A DNA stretch of 64,000 nt from Anthoceros angustus. Its lineage: Eukaryota > Plantae > Anthocerotophyta. The stretch is taken from positions 558,001-622,000 of the forward strand of contig VJWM01000063.1 of NCBI GenBank assembly GCA_010909165.1, written 5' to 3'. The position numbers were made by a program, and so were the translations under genes. Below, piece by piece: positions 35,963 to 48,949 of the stretch; position 1 is the stretch's first letter, and each line of letters opens with the position of its first letter. The notes under the pieces are model-generated. The model saw only the letters and a list, made by a program, of their open reading frames with translations. It did no database searches and was not told the DNA's origin.

Positions 35963-38900
35963 CACTACTACACATCGTATGTTTTTATCACGTAAAAAAA
36001 AACGTGGTTATATCGTTTAGGGCAAACTTATCACGCGGGGTTTCTCTGTGATGGCGTTATTTTACCCGACATATCCAACACGACATAAAGATAAGATAAT
36101 ATTCATGTTGCCGTCTGGGTGTGGCCGTGCCGAGGTCACCGCATGTGCATCCTATGGAAATAAAGCAGCATAAACTCGCGCCGGTCTGCGTGTCAACCGT
36201 GCCGGTTATGGAAGTCCGTCGGCCTCGCGTTACCAGCCGGACGGTGGCAGTCCGGCCGACGGTGATGCAAACCCGTCCGGGTGGGCCCATCGATTTTGCT
36301 ATACCCAACGGTTGCGCTTGCGGCGGATGTGCAATATGTCACACGGTGTCCGCGTATATGTCTGGTCAATTTGTCGGACTATGACGTCATCTTGCCGGGT
36401 AGATGAACGTCGGCACTTACTTGTGATTCTTGTCAACAAAATTCAAAAAGCAAGCGTGTAATTTACTTGAGTGGGAAATACTTATTTTACCGATAAGGTA
36501 ACTGGTTTTAATCCTCTATTTTTTGCCCGGGAAAATGGTTTTCCCCTTACCAGCAATTTAATTATCGGCTTCCCATCACGGTAATGGTGAATTGGGTTAT
36601 TGAAGTCGTGAAACAAAATCACCTCGACATTAAATGCACAAATTTACGATGTTCAACTCACTTATCAAGATACTTTACCCCAGAAGGCACCCCATTTGCG
36701 CGTGGGACAACCAGGGCTGACATGGCTTCAACCAGTTTGCAAATCATTGTCTGGGCAGCCCAATCATTGCCAGAAGCCACATTGTCTACAATGGACCTCA
36801 AGATTCACCCGCATACCGTTCAGCTGAGATCGGAGGATCTTTGGTTTTCCGTCGCTTCAGTTTTCCTGAGCAACCCTCGTTCGGCTCATCCCGCTGACGA
36901 GGTCCATTCAACAACCTCCTCCTTGGAGGAGCCTTGGTTTTACCCTACATCCATAGAATGAATCAATGGCACTCCCATACCATGCATCATTCCTCCACAA
37001 ATCCACGTATATTGGGGGATTGTGATGCCATGTGCCACATCCGGGTTCCTCGTGAAGCTTGTGAGAATGTCCCATCGTGCCATTCGAAAAAAGGCGTTTG
37101 TTAGTTCCCGGACTATAGATGGGACCATGTCCCTCGGTTGGTGTAGCATTACGGTGCAACAATTTCACTCAATCGGCCGAGCCAGCCGGGTCATCTCTGT
37201 TTGAGGTTGCGTTGAGGTGAAGGTGTGCCCCGTCGCACGGCATGCAAGGCGTCCTCCAAGCGGAGGTCATCGCCGTTCTCTTCGCCCACCGGAAGGTGTT
37301 GCGCTACTCGTGGCCATAAGTCCATCATCTGTTCGGACGCAACCTGCACAACTATCATGCACTCGGTCAAGTCTTTATGCTGAGCTTGTGGGCGTGAGAC
37401 CCAATGGGTGGCCTAACATCATACCTGCGCCATCTCCCATGTCCATTGCCACCTTTTCGCTTTCGGCCCCAATGTAGGCATCTCCTCGACCTCATGTGTC
37501 GTGAGCCAGTCTTTCTCTGCGCAGTGGGGATCCGACCCCACTTCATGTGAAAAGCCTTGGGAGGCCTCTTGCTCCCTCCACGCCCAAAAGGGTTGCATCC
37601 TGCCCTTATACTTATCCATCCGCGTCTTTGTGGTCAGGCTCTGTGGGCGAGGCCACACCTCCACCCCTGCAAGCCTCGCACTCCAAACTCCACCGCCTCC
37701 GCCACGCCGATACCCACGGACCCTAGTCGATATCGGGGTCCAACACCTCCCATACTCGCAATTGAGGCCGCCACCTTCACGCTTCAAAACGAAATTCCAC
37801 CGGAAGAGACGGAGAACTGGTGGTTGATGAAGTCTCGGTTCGTGACACTTGGACAAGTCCTCACACAGATCCACAAGTTCGCCGAAACTGTGTGCTTCAC
37901 CATGGCTTCAAGATGCGGTGCACCTTGAGTGAATCGCCTGATCCGCTTGTGAAAGGTGCTCTTTGTGTCCCCTCCAACACCTCCAAAAATGACTTCCTCG
38001 TCCACATGATCGCTACCAAGTAGCGATTTGGCCTCAGCAAATTCGCGTTGCTTGGTAGCGACAGACTCCATGCACTAGCAACCGCCTTCAACACATTCAT
38101 GTAGTGCAATTGTGGGCAAAATATTGTACAAAGCTTGAGCGAGAGGGCGGATGTTCGGGATGTCTCCCCACCTCCGCAAACCGCCTCCAAGTGCTTGCCT
38201 CCGTGTCTTCGTCAAAATCATCCTCGCAGTATCCCTCTCCGTCACGCTGTAATCGCCATCGACCTCAATCGGATACACACCGTCTTCGCCTACATGTCCT
38301 CCGGACAATAATTCATCAACAATGGTCCCCTTTCCGACCATTGTCTCTGCGTCGACACCACGGAGTGCCCTGCCTTGCAATCAAACAAGAGCGCGTCACC
38401 AAATATGAACAGCGGCGGCAAGGCGTAAAGTGGGTGATATGGTGATGTGTACTCTTACCTTGTCATCATCATCAACACGCCCCGGCGTCGGTCCTTTGCT
38501 CGCCACCGCGTAATCTCCTCCTCCTCCTCCAAGGAGCCTTCTATGGGAACCCTTAGGTTGCGGCCCTAACTGGCTTGGGTAAATTGGCCGCCCAGGGCTC
38601 CCATCTTGGTCACGGGTTGCCTCCAGAGATGGCTGCAGTACCACGTTTCCTGCATGCACACCGTCCGGAAAAGAATTTTGAACACATCCACTGTCACTTC
38701 TGGCGTCTGACAAAGGCGTGATGCCTGGCCGGTCCACACTAATGCCAGTGGAGCATTTCATCGCGTGCTCCGCCTTTTGCGCTTGACCCTCTTCTCACGG
38801 TGACAACAATTGCTTGCCACCGTCCGCACCAACGGTGTAATTCCTCGCGACACCATCGTACAAGCTAAGCCGCAAGCTCCAACTCGGTCCCATCGACGTC

Positions 38901-41900
38901 CCACTCCGCCATTCCTAGAGGACCAAAGTGCCTACTAGAATCGAATCGAAGCCCAATTGTGGTCTTTATTCAAGGACTCGTTACTTTTTTTGGCGTAAAT
39001 AGCATGCCAAATTGCTTCCAGTTTAAGCTCGCATGGTCCGGATGGTCCCCTCTGACTCACTACTTCTATCCAAACGTGGCACAAGGAGAGACTTGCGCAA
39101 GCAAGCGTTAAGAACGAGCGACGGTGAGTGGTCAAAATGGTATACACTCCGCACATGTACGCCGCCATGCTCATCATTGTTTATGATCGTGACCTTACAC
39201 ACATAGCTGCGCCGTGTCATAATGGATGTTAGAGCATGGTACTTTCACGCGGGCCTCCCACTGCAATACAAGGTGCATATCCCCCACTGTTAGAACATCA
39301 AAGTTTATGCTTCTAAGGGCTCACACGAGCGGTCCCACCGCGGTACTGTGTGCATATCATCCACTGCTTGCTGCATTACATCCCGATGAGCAAACACTTG
39401 AGTTACATGCGCGGAAAGTGTAGGGCCCTGCTTGATGGTTCCGATTATCGACGTACCGTGTCAACTCCTGAAATCACGCACCATGGATGGTGGCTCTTTT
39501 CACCGAACATTGGTACCAATGCACATTCAATATGATTGTCCGAAAGTCTCCTCCTTCACACTCCACTTCAAGGATCTCCAATATCCGGCCAAAGAACTCA
39601 CCTGTTTCCGGCACCTACCATCTCAAATGACCAGAAACTATCCCGAGTGGATGTCCGACCTTCATCACCGTCCAGTGATCTAAAATGGTATCCCCTTGTA
39701 TTCAAGCCTCGATAACTCTTCACCAGTCCTTGGGCCCCACGACAGAGCTATGACGTCATCTCGTTCCGGGTGGTCAGCCCATCTACCCCGCTGCAAGGAC
39801 TCCTGCAACCACATCATGAAATCCACGCCATCCGAGCCCTCCATAGCGTGTCTACTTCTCATTGGCGCGAGGACTTTGGAATGCAGTAGTAGGTACCAGT
39901 GAAGGCGCTTGCGCTGGTCTGGGTGGAGTGTCTTTTTTTTTGCTTGCCCAACCAACAACTCCTCTTTGTGCAAATGGCAATTTCTACGATATAATGTGGC
40001 ATGCTCAGGAAGGATGTCTGCCAGATATTCACTGGCATAATGCATGGCCTCCATGGCCACATACCCAGTGGCCATGCTCCCCTCTGGTCTTGCTCTTTGA
40101 CGAACATGGCTTTTTAGGACCTGCATGTACCGTTCCACAGGGTACATCCAGTAATGAACTGAACCGTTCCATGCGTTTCGCCGTCCACAAGGTGTATAAT
40201 AAGATGCATGCTATTCCGTAAAGTTGATGGCATGTGCATTTCCAAGGACACCATGATGTCTATGACCTCCAACTTCATCCGCGGAATATCGGTATCGCAA
40301 TCTCCTTGGAGCACAACCATCTATACATCCAGGCGCTTCACAACTTGGAACTCGCGAGGTGGCAAAGCGGTAATCATGGTATTGATGCCAATGGCTTTTC
40401 ATTCAGCAGAAACCGATGCCCGCTCATCGGGACCTCTGAGGTACGAGGCATCGTGTACGCATAGCATCCTCATCCTCCATTGCCCATAGCCGTGGCTTTG
40501 AGTCAATTTCTTCCAACCGCCCCAATGGTGTCACTTTTGCCACTTAAGGTGGACCATATTGCTTTGCAGTTATTTACCTCCACGTGCATAATGTCCTTTA
40601 TCCATAATTTGTGTGTAAAGCACAAGTAAGGCAAAGCACGCAAGATTAGACCATCCCTAGTCACTCCCCATACGCCATGTCGTGCCCTGTCGGGGGCACC
40701 TGCAATGCTCCAACGCTCCATTTCCGCAATTACGTCCGGCACGGTGCGAATTGGGGGGCGCACACGATCCTCTGGCTTGTTGTTGAAAGCCTCGCGGTTT
40801 CGACTACGGCGTGGGTCATCCATGCCCCTGCGATGCCCCTCAAACAAACATTTGTCGAGATCTGCAGACCACCTCGCACCAAGACCTGCACTGCACTCAA
40901 GCGCTTTTCGCCACGACCAAGCCCAAACAACGTCCCTAGTCCGGTAGTCACATGTGGCCATAATAAGTGCTCCACGAGAGTGAAATGCGGGTTGGATCGC
41001 CTACGGCTTCTGTAATCCTCGCAAGGGATGCCATGCCATAATTCGTAATCAAATCAATGGCTCGAGGTAAACATCAAAGTTTGGGACTGGCGTGGCCTAC
41101 AGGATAATCAAAGATAAGAGTATCCTCTCCTTCTTCGTCGACACCCAAGGAGGAAGGTTATGAATGATCAACATAACAGCCGATTGATTTTGCATTTGAT
41201 CGATGCGGGTTCACCCCATCTGTGCAATCGAGACGAAGGTTTCGTGGTCATTGAAATCATCCACGCCATCAAGTACTCTCCACGCCGGTGTATCTGCTAA
41301 AATCCTCGCTTCCCATCCGGCCGGTTCTTTGCCCACCATGTCATTTCACTTGCGGTCGGACACTTGAAAAGCCGTTGGAGCAGCCAGAAGTGGGAAGTGA
41401 AAGAATGTCTTAAAGGCACTCGGTTGTTCCGCCCCCTCCGTCCGCGTCGCATCGGTGGCGATGGGTTGCGACGCCCGTCACCCGATACTACAATCGCGCG
41501 GGCAGGCGAGTACACTTTGAGACAGTGGCAGATCTTATGTGCTTGCTCGCTGGCCAGCGTGTTCGGCTTGGGCAAAAGCAATGTGTATCACATAGAAAAT
41601 CTTGTTCATAGCGTCAGATGTTGAACGACTCTTGGACATGAAGCGAGCTATTGTGGCAATCGACTTTGATCACTTGGCGTCAATGTCAAAAGAGGCTGCA
41701 ATGCTCAGTGCATGCCTTGGCGGCCAATTTCTGCGTGTCCAAGCGTCTCATTGTCGCCCGCCTCCCTTGTTCACGAGCATCCAAACCGCCATGATCGTGG
41801 GTGGGTGAAGCGACCTCTGCCGGACTCAGCAGAATCACCGAGTCCCCTCACCACGCGTCTCACCTCCATCGACCAGGACCTGCGAGGATCCTCGTCGGCG

Positions 41901-44893
41901 TGCCTGTACCCCGTTACTCGTCACCGTCCATGGTAGCGGGTGGAGCAACATCAACAGGCGAACCTTGCATAACTCCCATTCCAAAGCCAAATGCCGCCGT
42001 GGCAATTGCCGGGCGACCTCTCTTGGTCTATTTGCCTTCTCCCAGGTCGACCCTGCAAGGACCATGAAATGTGAGCACCCGGTGCTTGGCCAGGACATGG
42101 ACACTATGCAGGCTTGAGCTAGCCCACCTGAATTCGACGCAACAGCTGATGGTGACGCGCGTGGCGTATAGCAATGTCACCCCGGACCCTCCTACTCGTT
42201 GGAGTGCAATCGGGGCACAAGCAATAAACTGTTGGTATTTGACGATTCCTCATTGGGTGAACTATGGACGGCGGGCATCAAGCAAGAAATCACTCCCCAA
42301 GGCGGTTTGGGGGAGGGGGCGGGGGGGGGTTTGCTTGCGTAATCCGTAATGTTCTTAGCATTTTGAGGAATATTCCATCCAGACATGCCAGGTACTTGAG
42401 GTACTTGAGGTACTCCATGTATCAGAAGCCAGCTCGCCACTTCCCTGCTCCATCCGATTGGAAGGGGCGTAGAAGCCCGAATCACAGTGGACCTTGACAT
42501 TCGCATTCCTCGAGCCGAAGCGATCGGAGAATCCTTGCTTCCGTTCGCAGTGTGGTGTTGCAAGCATGGCTAACGGCGGTCGAGGGAGCACGGTGAATGA
42601 AAACGTGTGGTGGGCTCGCCGAGGCGAACTCCCGACGGACACTAGCGGAAATGACTGCGCCCTCGTGGAACCCGAGCGTAATGTGAGACGGCAGCGCATG
42701 TTGTTGGCAACTTCACGCCCAAAGGTGCCCAAGAGGTGTGGATATGGGAACATGCTCCCGCCCGCATCGGGATTATGTTTGCGCGCATACCGAATCGCAG
42801 AGGTCGATGTTCCCGACATTTGGACTCGGGCTCGGGCGATGGGTGATGCAAGTGGCGAGCAAGCTTGAATGCTTTGGAGAGGGATTACGACGCCGCTTGC
42901 GTGCACGATGGAGGCCCTTTACCATTGAGACGGAACTCCATCACTGGGACGTAAAGAATTGGTGGGTTGCTGCGAACCGGCGGGCCCATCGTCACGCCTA
43001 AGGAGTGCGCATGTGGTTGACATTGTGGAGGAGATGAGGACTGTCACGTTTTTGCTGAACGTCTCGGTTGTTGTGGAGATTGGAACTCCTACGACACGCC
43101 TTTTTTTTGTCCCAGTGCTGCTCTCCGGGAAGTTCGACGTACTCTGTGTGGAGCGGGAACCAGCGTTTGATCCACCTCCAAGCACACAACTGGGCGCATC
43201 TGGAGTGAACGCCCTTCCTACTCTGAGAGAGGACATCGAAGCAGAGTTCGACAACCTGAGGAATTCTGAATGGGGCCGGCTTGTTCAAACGCGCTGCGTG
43301 GGTCCTCCGTGGGACAAGCGGCTCGGCTGTGGTGGACGATGGCGCCATGCGCTCTGCTTTTCGTGTCACTTGCAAGCCCATCGCTCTGAAGATCATGAAG
43401 AAGGCCATGGATGTTTTGGTTTGTCTTTGGGCATCGAGAGGCTGCCTTTTACCTGATCGGATGAGCACCTAGTGTGCTATTCCAGTGGGCACGAATGAAG
43501 AAGCAAAGCACCGGTTCTTGATGCTTGCGACTTGATCGTCGACATGCCATTGTATCGGTGGTGAGAGGATGCAATTGTGGCCGGGCATTTGCATTTAAGT
43601 TTGCCCACATGCCACAACGCGCCGATGATGTCGAGGTTCTCACTCCGATCGTGGACATCCAATACTAGCAGGTGATGTGCCACAATCGGATCAGGAATGG
43701 CAGACGAAGGGCGGCACCATTTGGCTTTGTTTTGAGCGTGGCAGCAGTGCTAGCGCAGGTTATGCACCTAGTCGGCAGCATTTTAGTTTGCCCGACTTGT
43801 GGGTCTGTGGTCTCGTTCAATATGCATTGCCTTCTCAGCCCGACTTTTTTTGAATGTGGATTGTTGCCATGTAAGTTGTTGCGGCGGCAGCTTGTTAGTC
43901 AATATACAATTGTATGGTAAGGCGACCACATTGTTGGACAATTCTCGTCTCATCGTGTTCATTCGGGCACCGCATTTCAACATGTCCAAGTGACCTAGTG
44001 TGTGCAATTAGATTAGCGGTGGCCGAGATGGGTGCATTAGATTAGCGGGCGGTGGCACGGTAATCTAATCGCACCCCATCTCGATCCTACCCCAAGCGTC
44101 TCGATGTCGAAAGCGGGCACGTCGTGAGGTGGGATCATGTCCAAGCGTGAAGACTCGGAAGGATAGACCCCAATCCCGGATTTTGGACGATTGTCCTCCG
44201 CAATAGACGACAATTGTAAGCCATGGAACTCCATCACGCCTCCGGGCGCCGGTCGACATCCATGTCCGGAGGGCACATCGATCGAATCGACATGGCGTGG
44301 GTTTAGCTTTGGCGCCTCTCAGGCCATGGCCGGATTTAATTCGATCGTCTCGGTTCGTACATAGCCGGACCTTGAATCGCACCGCTTTCTCATCGCGGCA
44401 ATATGTGCAAACCGTTCACTTCAATATCTTCAGTGCAGCATCATCTTTGTTCATTGCCTTTTCATCAAAGTTAGAACGTACACACTTGAGACCACCGCCC
44501 AGTGGTTAGAGTGGAAGGCCGAACGCCAAACTTGAATGCAATGCGAGGGAAGGTCGAGGGATCTCCGTGCGCACGACGCCTTGACAAGCCTTCGCAGCCA
44601 TTGTCCACCTGCAAATGGAAATGTAATCGCATCTGCACAAGAGACCGAGACCCGAACCCCAACGATGGTACTAGTGTCCCGGTAGAGATGCTGCGTTCAC
44701 CGGTTGTTTGGGGCCGGTTTTGTCCGGGAGTATGTCAATTAAATGACGCGTTTTGCTTCACGTTATATTTTGAGTATTTTAAAGGCCACCCAAGGTGGTT
44801 GGTGAACCCATCATATGCCATATGGCGCGAAAGTTATAACGCCAAGCACCCCATCAATACTCTCGCCATAAAGACATCCGAGTGTAGTAAGTG
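35963..44893 (-). mobile_element. CACTA (En/Spm) DNA transposon with both termini; degenerate TnpD and TnpA-like coding regions
   Basis: Left end cactactacacatcgtatgtttttatcacg versus reverse complement of right end cacttactacactcggatgtctttatggcg; AGA on both flanks; TnpD motifs LQRLF..P..A..MTW, DIMHVEVN, HLIIHLVD, MYPVERYM.VLK.HVR.RARPEGSMA.GY at ~42000-39200; TNP1-like VGKGTIV..VYPIEVD at ~38100-38380. Confidence 0.9.
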
Positions 44894-45899
44894 AGAGAGA
44901 GTAACTGAGGGGAGATAAGAAGGAATAGGACGGGAGATAAGAAGGAATAGGCAGGAGATGGGAAGAAGGAGGGGAGAGGGAAAGGAAGGAGGAGGCCCGC
45001 TCCATGCATAATTTATACCTCAATTTTCAGTCATCTCGTAACCAAAGGTAACATACGCTGGTGAAGGGATGGATGGTGGCGGAGGCGATCACGTATCTGA
45101 AACTTGGCAGATCTTGTACTTCGCAGCAGCAAAATCAAGCGAACAATTGTCTTGATTTCTCTCAAATTTTCGCTTGTTGCGTAACTAGCTAGTGTGACGT
45201 GATGTTAGTGAAGGCGATAGTAGCATGGCGGTGTGTCGATCATCAAGCCGCCTCGTGCCCCTCGCAACCGCAGAACATGACAAGACAACGATGTAGGAGT
45301 GAGTATTAGCACACCATGCTTCCTCACATCGCATACACAGTTCCTTATGTACACCAAATGATTGTATCCGGATGACATCCATCACAAATACAATGAAGGC
45401 AGTTGGCAAGCAAATCTCGCATCTCCGGCAAGATGCCATGGCTTGCTTTATCTTACTCCGAGCACACTCTACCACGGACTACACTCTGGGGAGCTCCTGA
45501 TGCTCCCGTGAGTGCCCGGTAAGTCCGGACCACACCGGGAGACGGATGAGTCGCCAGGTAAAGTAACAGAGCCTGAGCGATTTTAGATAGGGAGCCACGT
45601 GGGCAGATGCCGAGGTGGGCATCACAAACTAGACCGTAGGGTTGCCAGGTAGCCATTACAGCAGAATATTCACGCCACAGCTGCCAAGTAGCGGCACGGG
45701 TAGCAGAAGCTGTGAGCGTAGGGCGGATGAAGTGCGGAGAAGCCATGCAGCCTCGACCGTTACAGAGCGCCAATTTCCCTTGGCCGATTACTCGGCGGAC
45801 CGGGCGGAGGTCATTCTTCCAAGCAACCCTCATGTTCTCGCATGATCCTCGCCGCACACCGCTCTTAGGCGTTGTCTTTTCGAGGCCAGGCACCCTCAC

Positions 45900-47960
45900 G
45901 CGTGGCTCGCCCTTGTGGTTGGAGCGATCGACGCAGCCGGGCAGGAGCGATGTGATTGTTGAGCTTCAAGCTGACAAGAGGAGCAAGAGATGGGACCCAA
46001 GAAAGCGGCGGAGGTGTGGAGCCATGGTGCTTGTGGAGCAACATAAATCACCAAAAGCGCTACGGACTGCCCTTGGCTGGAGAGGAGGAGGTGAGCCGTG
46101 GAGGGCACGATATTTTCGAGGTCGACCTTCGGCGTCGCTAGTCCGGGAGTATGCCCGGAAGATGCTGGCAGAGGCCAACAAGGAGGTCCGCTCTAAGAAC
46201 CTGCGGGAGGACACCAGGAGGTGGACCGTGGAGGTCCTGAGGGCGGTTTACAACGGCCCAGCGGAGGAAGTAGGGGGAGTGGTTCCGGAGCCCCTAAAGG
46301 GGAAGAGGAAGGTGGAGGCGGCCAAGGCGGCCCTCTTGCGACCAGGGACGCAGCGATCCTCCAACGGGTGGCTGATGTCGGATCTCCTGGAGAAGTACGA
46401 TCGATGGCTAAGGATCATCGCCCACCGAATATGCTCACCAAGGTGGACCACTTGGGGATAATCCTGTGGTGTTCCTCCACGACTTGAGGAGGGGAAATCA
46501 ACTAAGGTGGATCATCTTCGGCCTCAATCAACCAGGAGGCTTAGAAGTGAGAAGCCACCCGTCACGGCTGTCGCCGTTCATCATCCATGTGTGGGGGCAC
46601 ATGAACCTCCAAAAGGATCCGAGGGAGGAGGAGATGAAGGCCCCGTGTGACACGGGACCGGCGGACGGCGGCGGGGGAAGGGGATCACATGGAGGAGAAG
46701 CGGGGCGTAGGCGTGCCCGGGCTGAGGTAAGTCTTCCGCACCCCGCTCTGGAAGGAGGGGAGGGGGGCCCCGAAAGGGCCATAGAGGGCCAAGTCTTAAA
46801 GGACTTGGGACAACGTGGAGGTCCAGTGGAAGAGGATGGACCCCCGGGAAGTCCACGGGGCAAAGAAGTCTGGACGCGGTCCGGACCACAGTCCGGACTC
46901 CAGAATGGCGGACCACGAGGTCCGGACCCTAGAGTCGAGACCGGACCCCGAGGTGGGACTGAGTAAGGCCGGGACCTGAGGTCGGACACGTAATCGAGGC
47001 GGACCCCGAGATCCAGACTCAGGAGGCAAGGAGGAGTCATCACCGACCGCTCGGGAGGAGCAACCTCACGGGGACCCAAGCAGGGGCCCACCACGGTGCA
47101 AGAGAGGAAGGTGAGGAGGATTTGGTGGTGCGCCGCCGTTGTTAGGCCGACGGTGTGCTAACAGTCTCGGAAGGGGCCCTTCTCGCGGATCATCCGGGCG
47201 CCCCATCAGTGAGGATTGGGGCCGAGTTGAAGCGGAAGGGGCACTCGGAATGCAGCGTAGATAGGCGGGTTAGGAAGGAAATAGTAGGCTACGGCTGAGC
47301 TGTGAGGCCACCCATTTCGAGAATAGTGTAATAAAACGCCGCCTTGGGCGATGTATAAGAGGGCAGGGTACACCTAGTAAAGCATCTTTCTCTTGGGGTG
47401 GATACGGCTGATTTCCTTGAAGACCTTTGTCGCCTTTTGCTAACGTGAGACACCGAAAGGTCACGAGACGGCCCGGAGAGGCGATCAAGGTCCCGTGACC
47501 GGACTGCGGTGGTGGTGTGCAGAGCGGGGCGATCAGACCCTTGCTCTTAGCGGCCGACGTCGGACGGGCCGAGGACGCGTGAGCTGGGGACTCGGGAGGT
47601 GTGTAGAGCCGGACGGAGGCCGGCGATACCTGAGGAGGTCCGAAGTCAGCCCACCTCTTTCCCCAAGAACGATGAATGTATTGAGAGCTATGAGGAGAGG
47701 CGGACTAGACGGCGAGCGGAGCAGGTGATAGAATGCAATGCGAACGAGTCCTTAAAGCGTTAATGGCCACCGCATGAACGTTCGATGACGTTAAGAGTAG
47801 TAAGTCGTGAGGCGTGCGCGTCCGGTCGAGCATCGCGACGTTAGGTGAGAATCGGTTGAAACGTGCCAAACGGAGCCTATCATATCTCACCCTTGCTACA
47901 ACGACCGGGATTAGCGCGCCGGTGATGTCGGTAATCGCCACACCTCCTCTTTGACCAACC
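45900..47960 (+). mobile_element. Unclassified GC-rich repeat, probably part of an LTR retroelement; homologous to 62050-63850 in inverted orientation
   Basis: Exact shared blocks with the reverse complement of 62-64 kb, e.g. the 24-mer cctagtaaagcatctttctcttgg (47373-47396 / 62633-62656). Confidence 0.55.
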
Positions 47961-48949
47961 CCAACCTTGCTCGGCGCCACTGCCTGCGCTCTGACTCGGC
48001 TTCGGCATCAAGTCGGTAGGCTTGTTCTATGAAGGCCCACCGTCGGTGCTTGCCTCGGGATTATCTCCATGGTTGTCTTGCTCTGCGCCTCAAGAGTGAG
48101 GGGCGAGAGGGAAGCTGGCGATTCATTCTTTGCTCCTGCCGACCATGGCCCAAACCAAGCCCCATTGCGAACATGGGGTCCTCGCCCTCAAGCATCTGCC
48201 CTTGCCTGCTTTGTGCCTTTTCGTGAGTGAGCCCTGCACCCACGAACCTAGACATAGGCAAATAATAATACATCTAGGTTTTCTTACAAATAAATCCCGA
48301 GATCTTAATGCTCCAACTAAAATAGAATATAGTGGATTGGTCAAGGCATATTAGTCTTCAACTCATGAATAGCTATGGTCAAGTAAAAACATTAATAAAG
48401 CAATCGTGAAGTTATGAGGTGGGAGGAAAATGTGAGAGTTGCTGGTCCATGTTACATAAACAAATAATTCTCCAAATGGGATGTAATAAAGAGGGGAGGA
48501 TGATAGGGGAGAGAGAGGGGGCTCCTTCTTACACTCATGTTGCAATTGCATATGGGAAATCATAAACAATGTTTGTGAGAGAGGGGATACAATTATGAAG
48601 GTGAGGTGGTAGGAGAGAGAGCATGGTTCGTGGCACCACATGGGAAAGAAAGTGACCAACTTAATACCAAGCCTCCAAAGGATGTTGCATTGTGGAAGTG
48701 TAACATAAAATTGCAACAATGATTGTAACATAGACTGCCCTTTCTCGATGCTAATTAGCATCGAGCTTTTGACGAAGTTGCTTGGGGATGTAGGCATATG
48801 CATGTGCTCTGATAATACGAAGATGCAGCAAGTTGGGTTTGTGACCAGTCCAGCCCTCATGAGGAGTTACACTAGCGATAGCAGATGTTGGAAGTCGATT
48901 CTGAGAGTAACTTCCGCCGTTAAACGACCGCCCCGACAGACGGATGGGG

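Noticed and set aside
45185-45475. Cys-rich minus-strand ORF resembling an IBR/RING fragment
   Set aside because: Cys/His spacing is incomplete and no flanking exons support it
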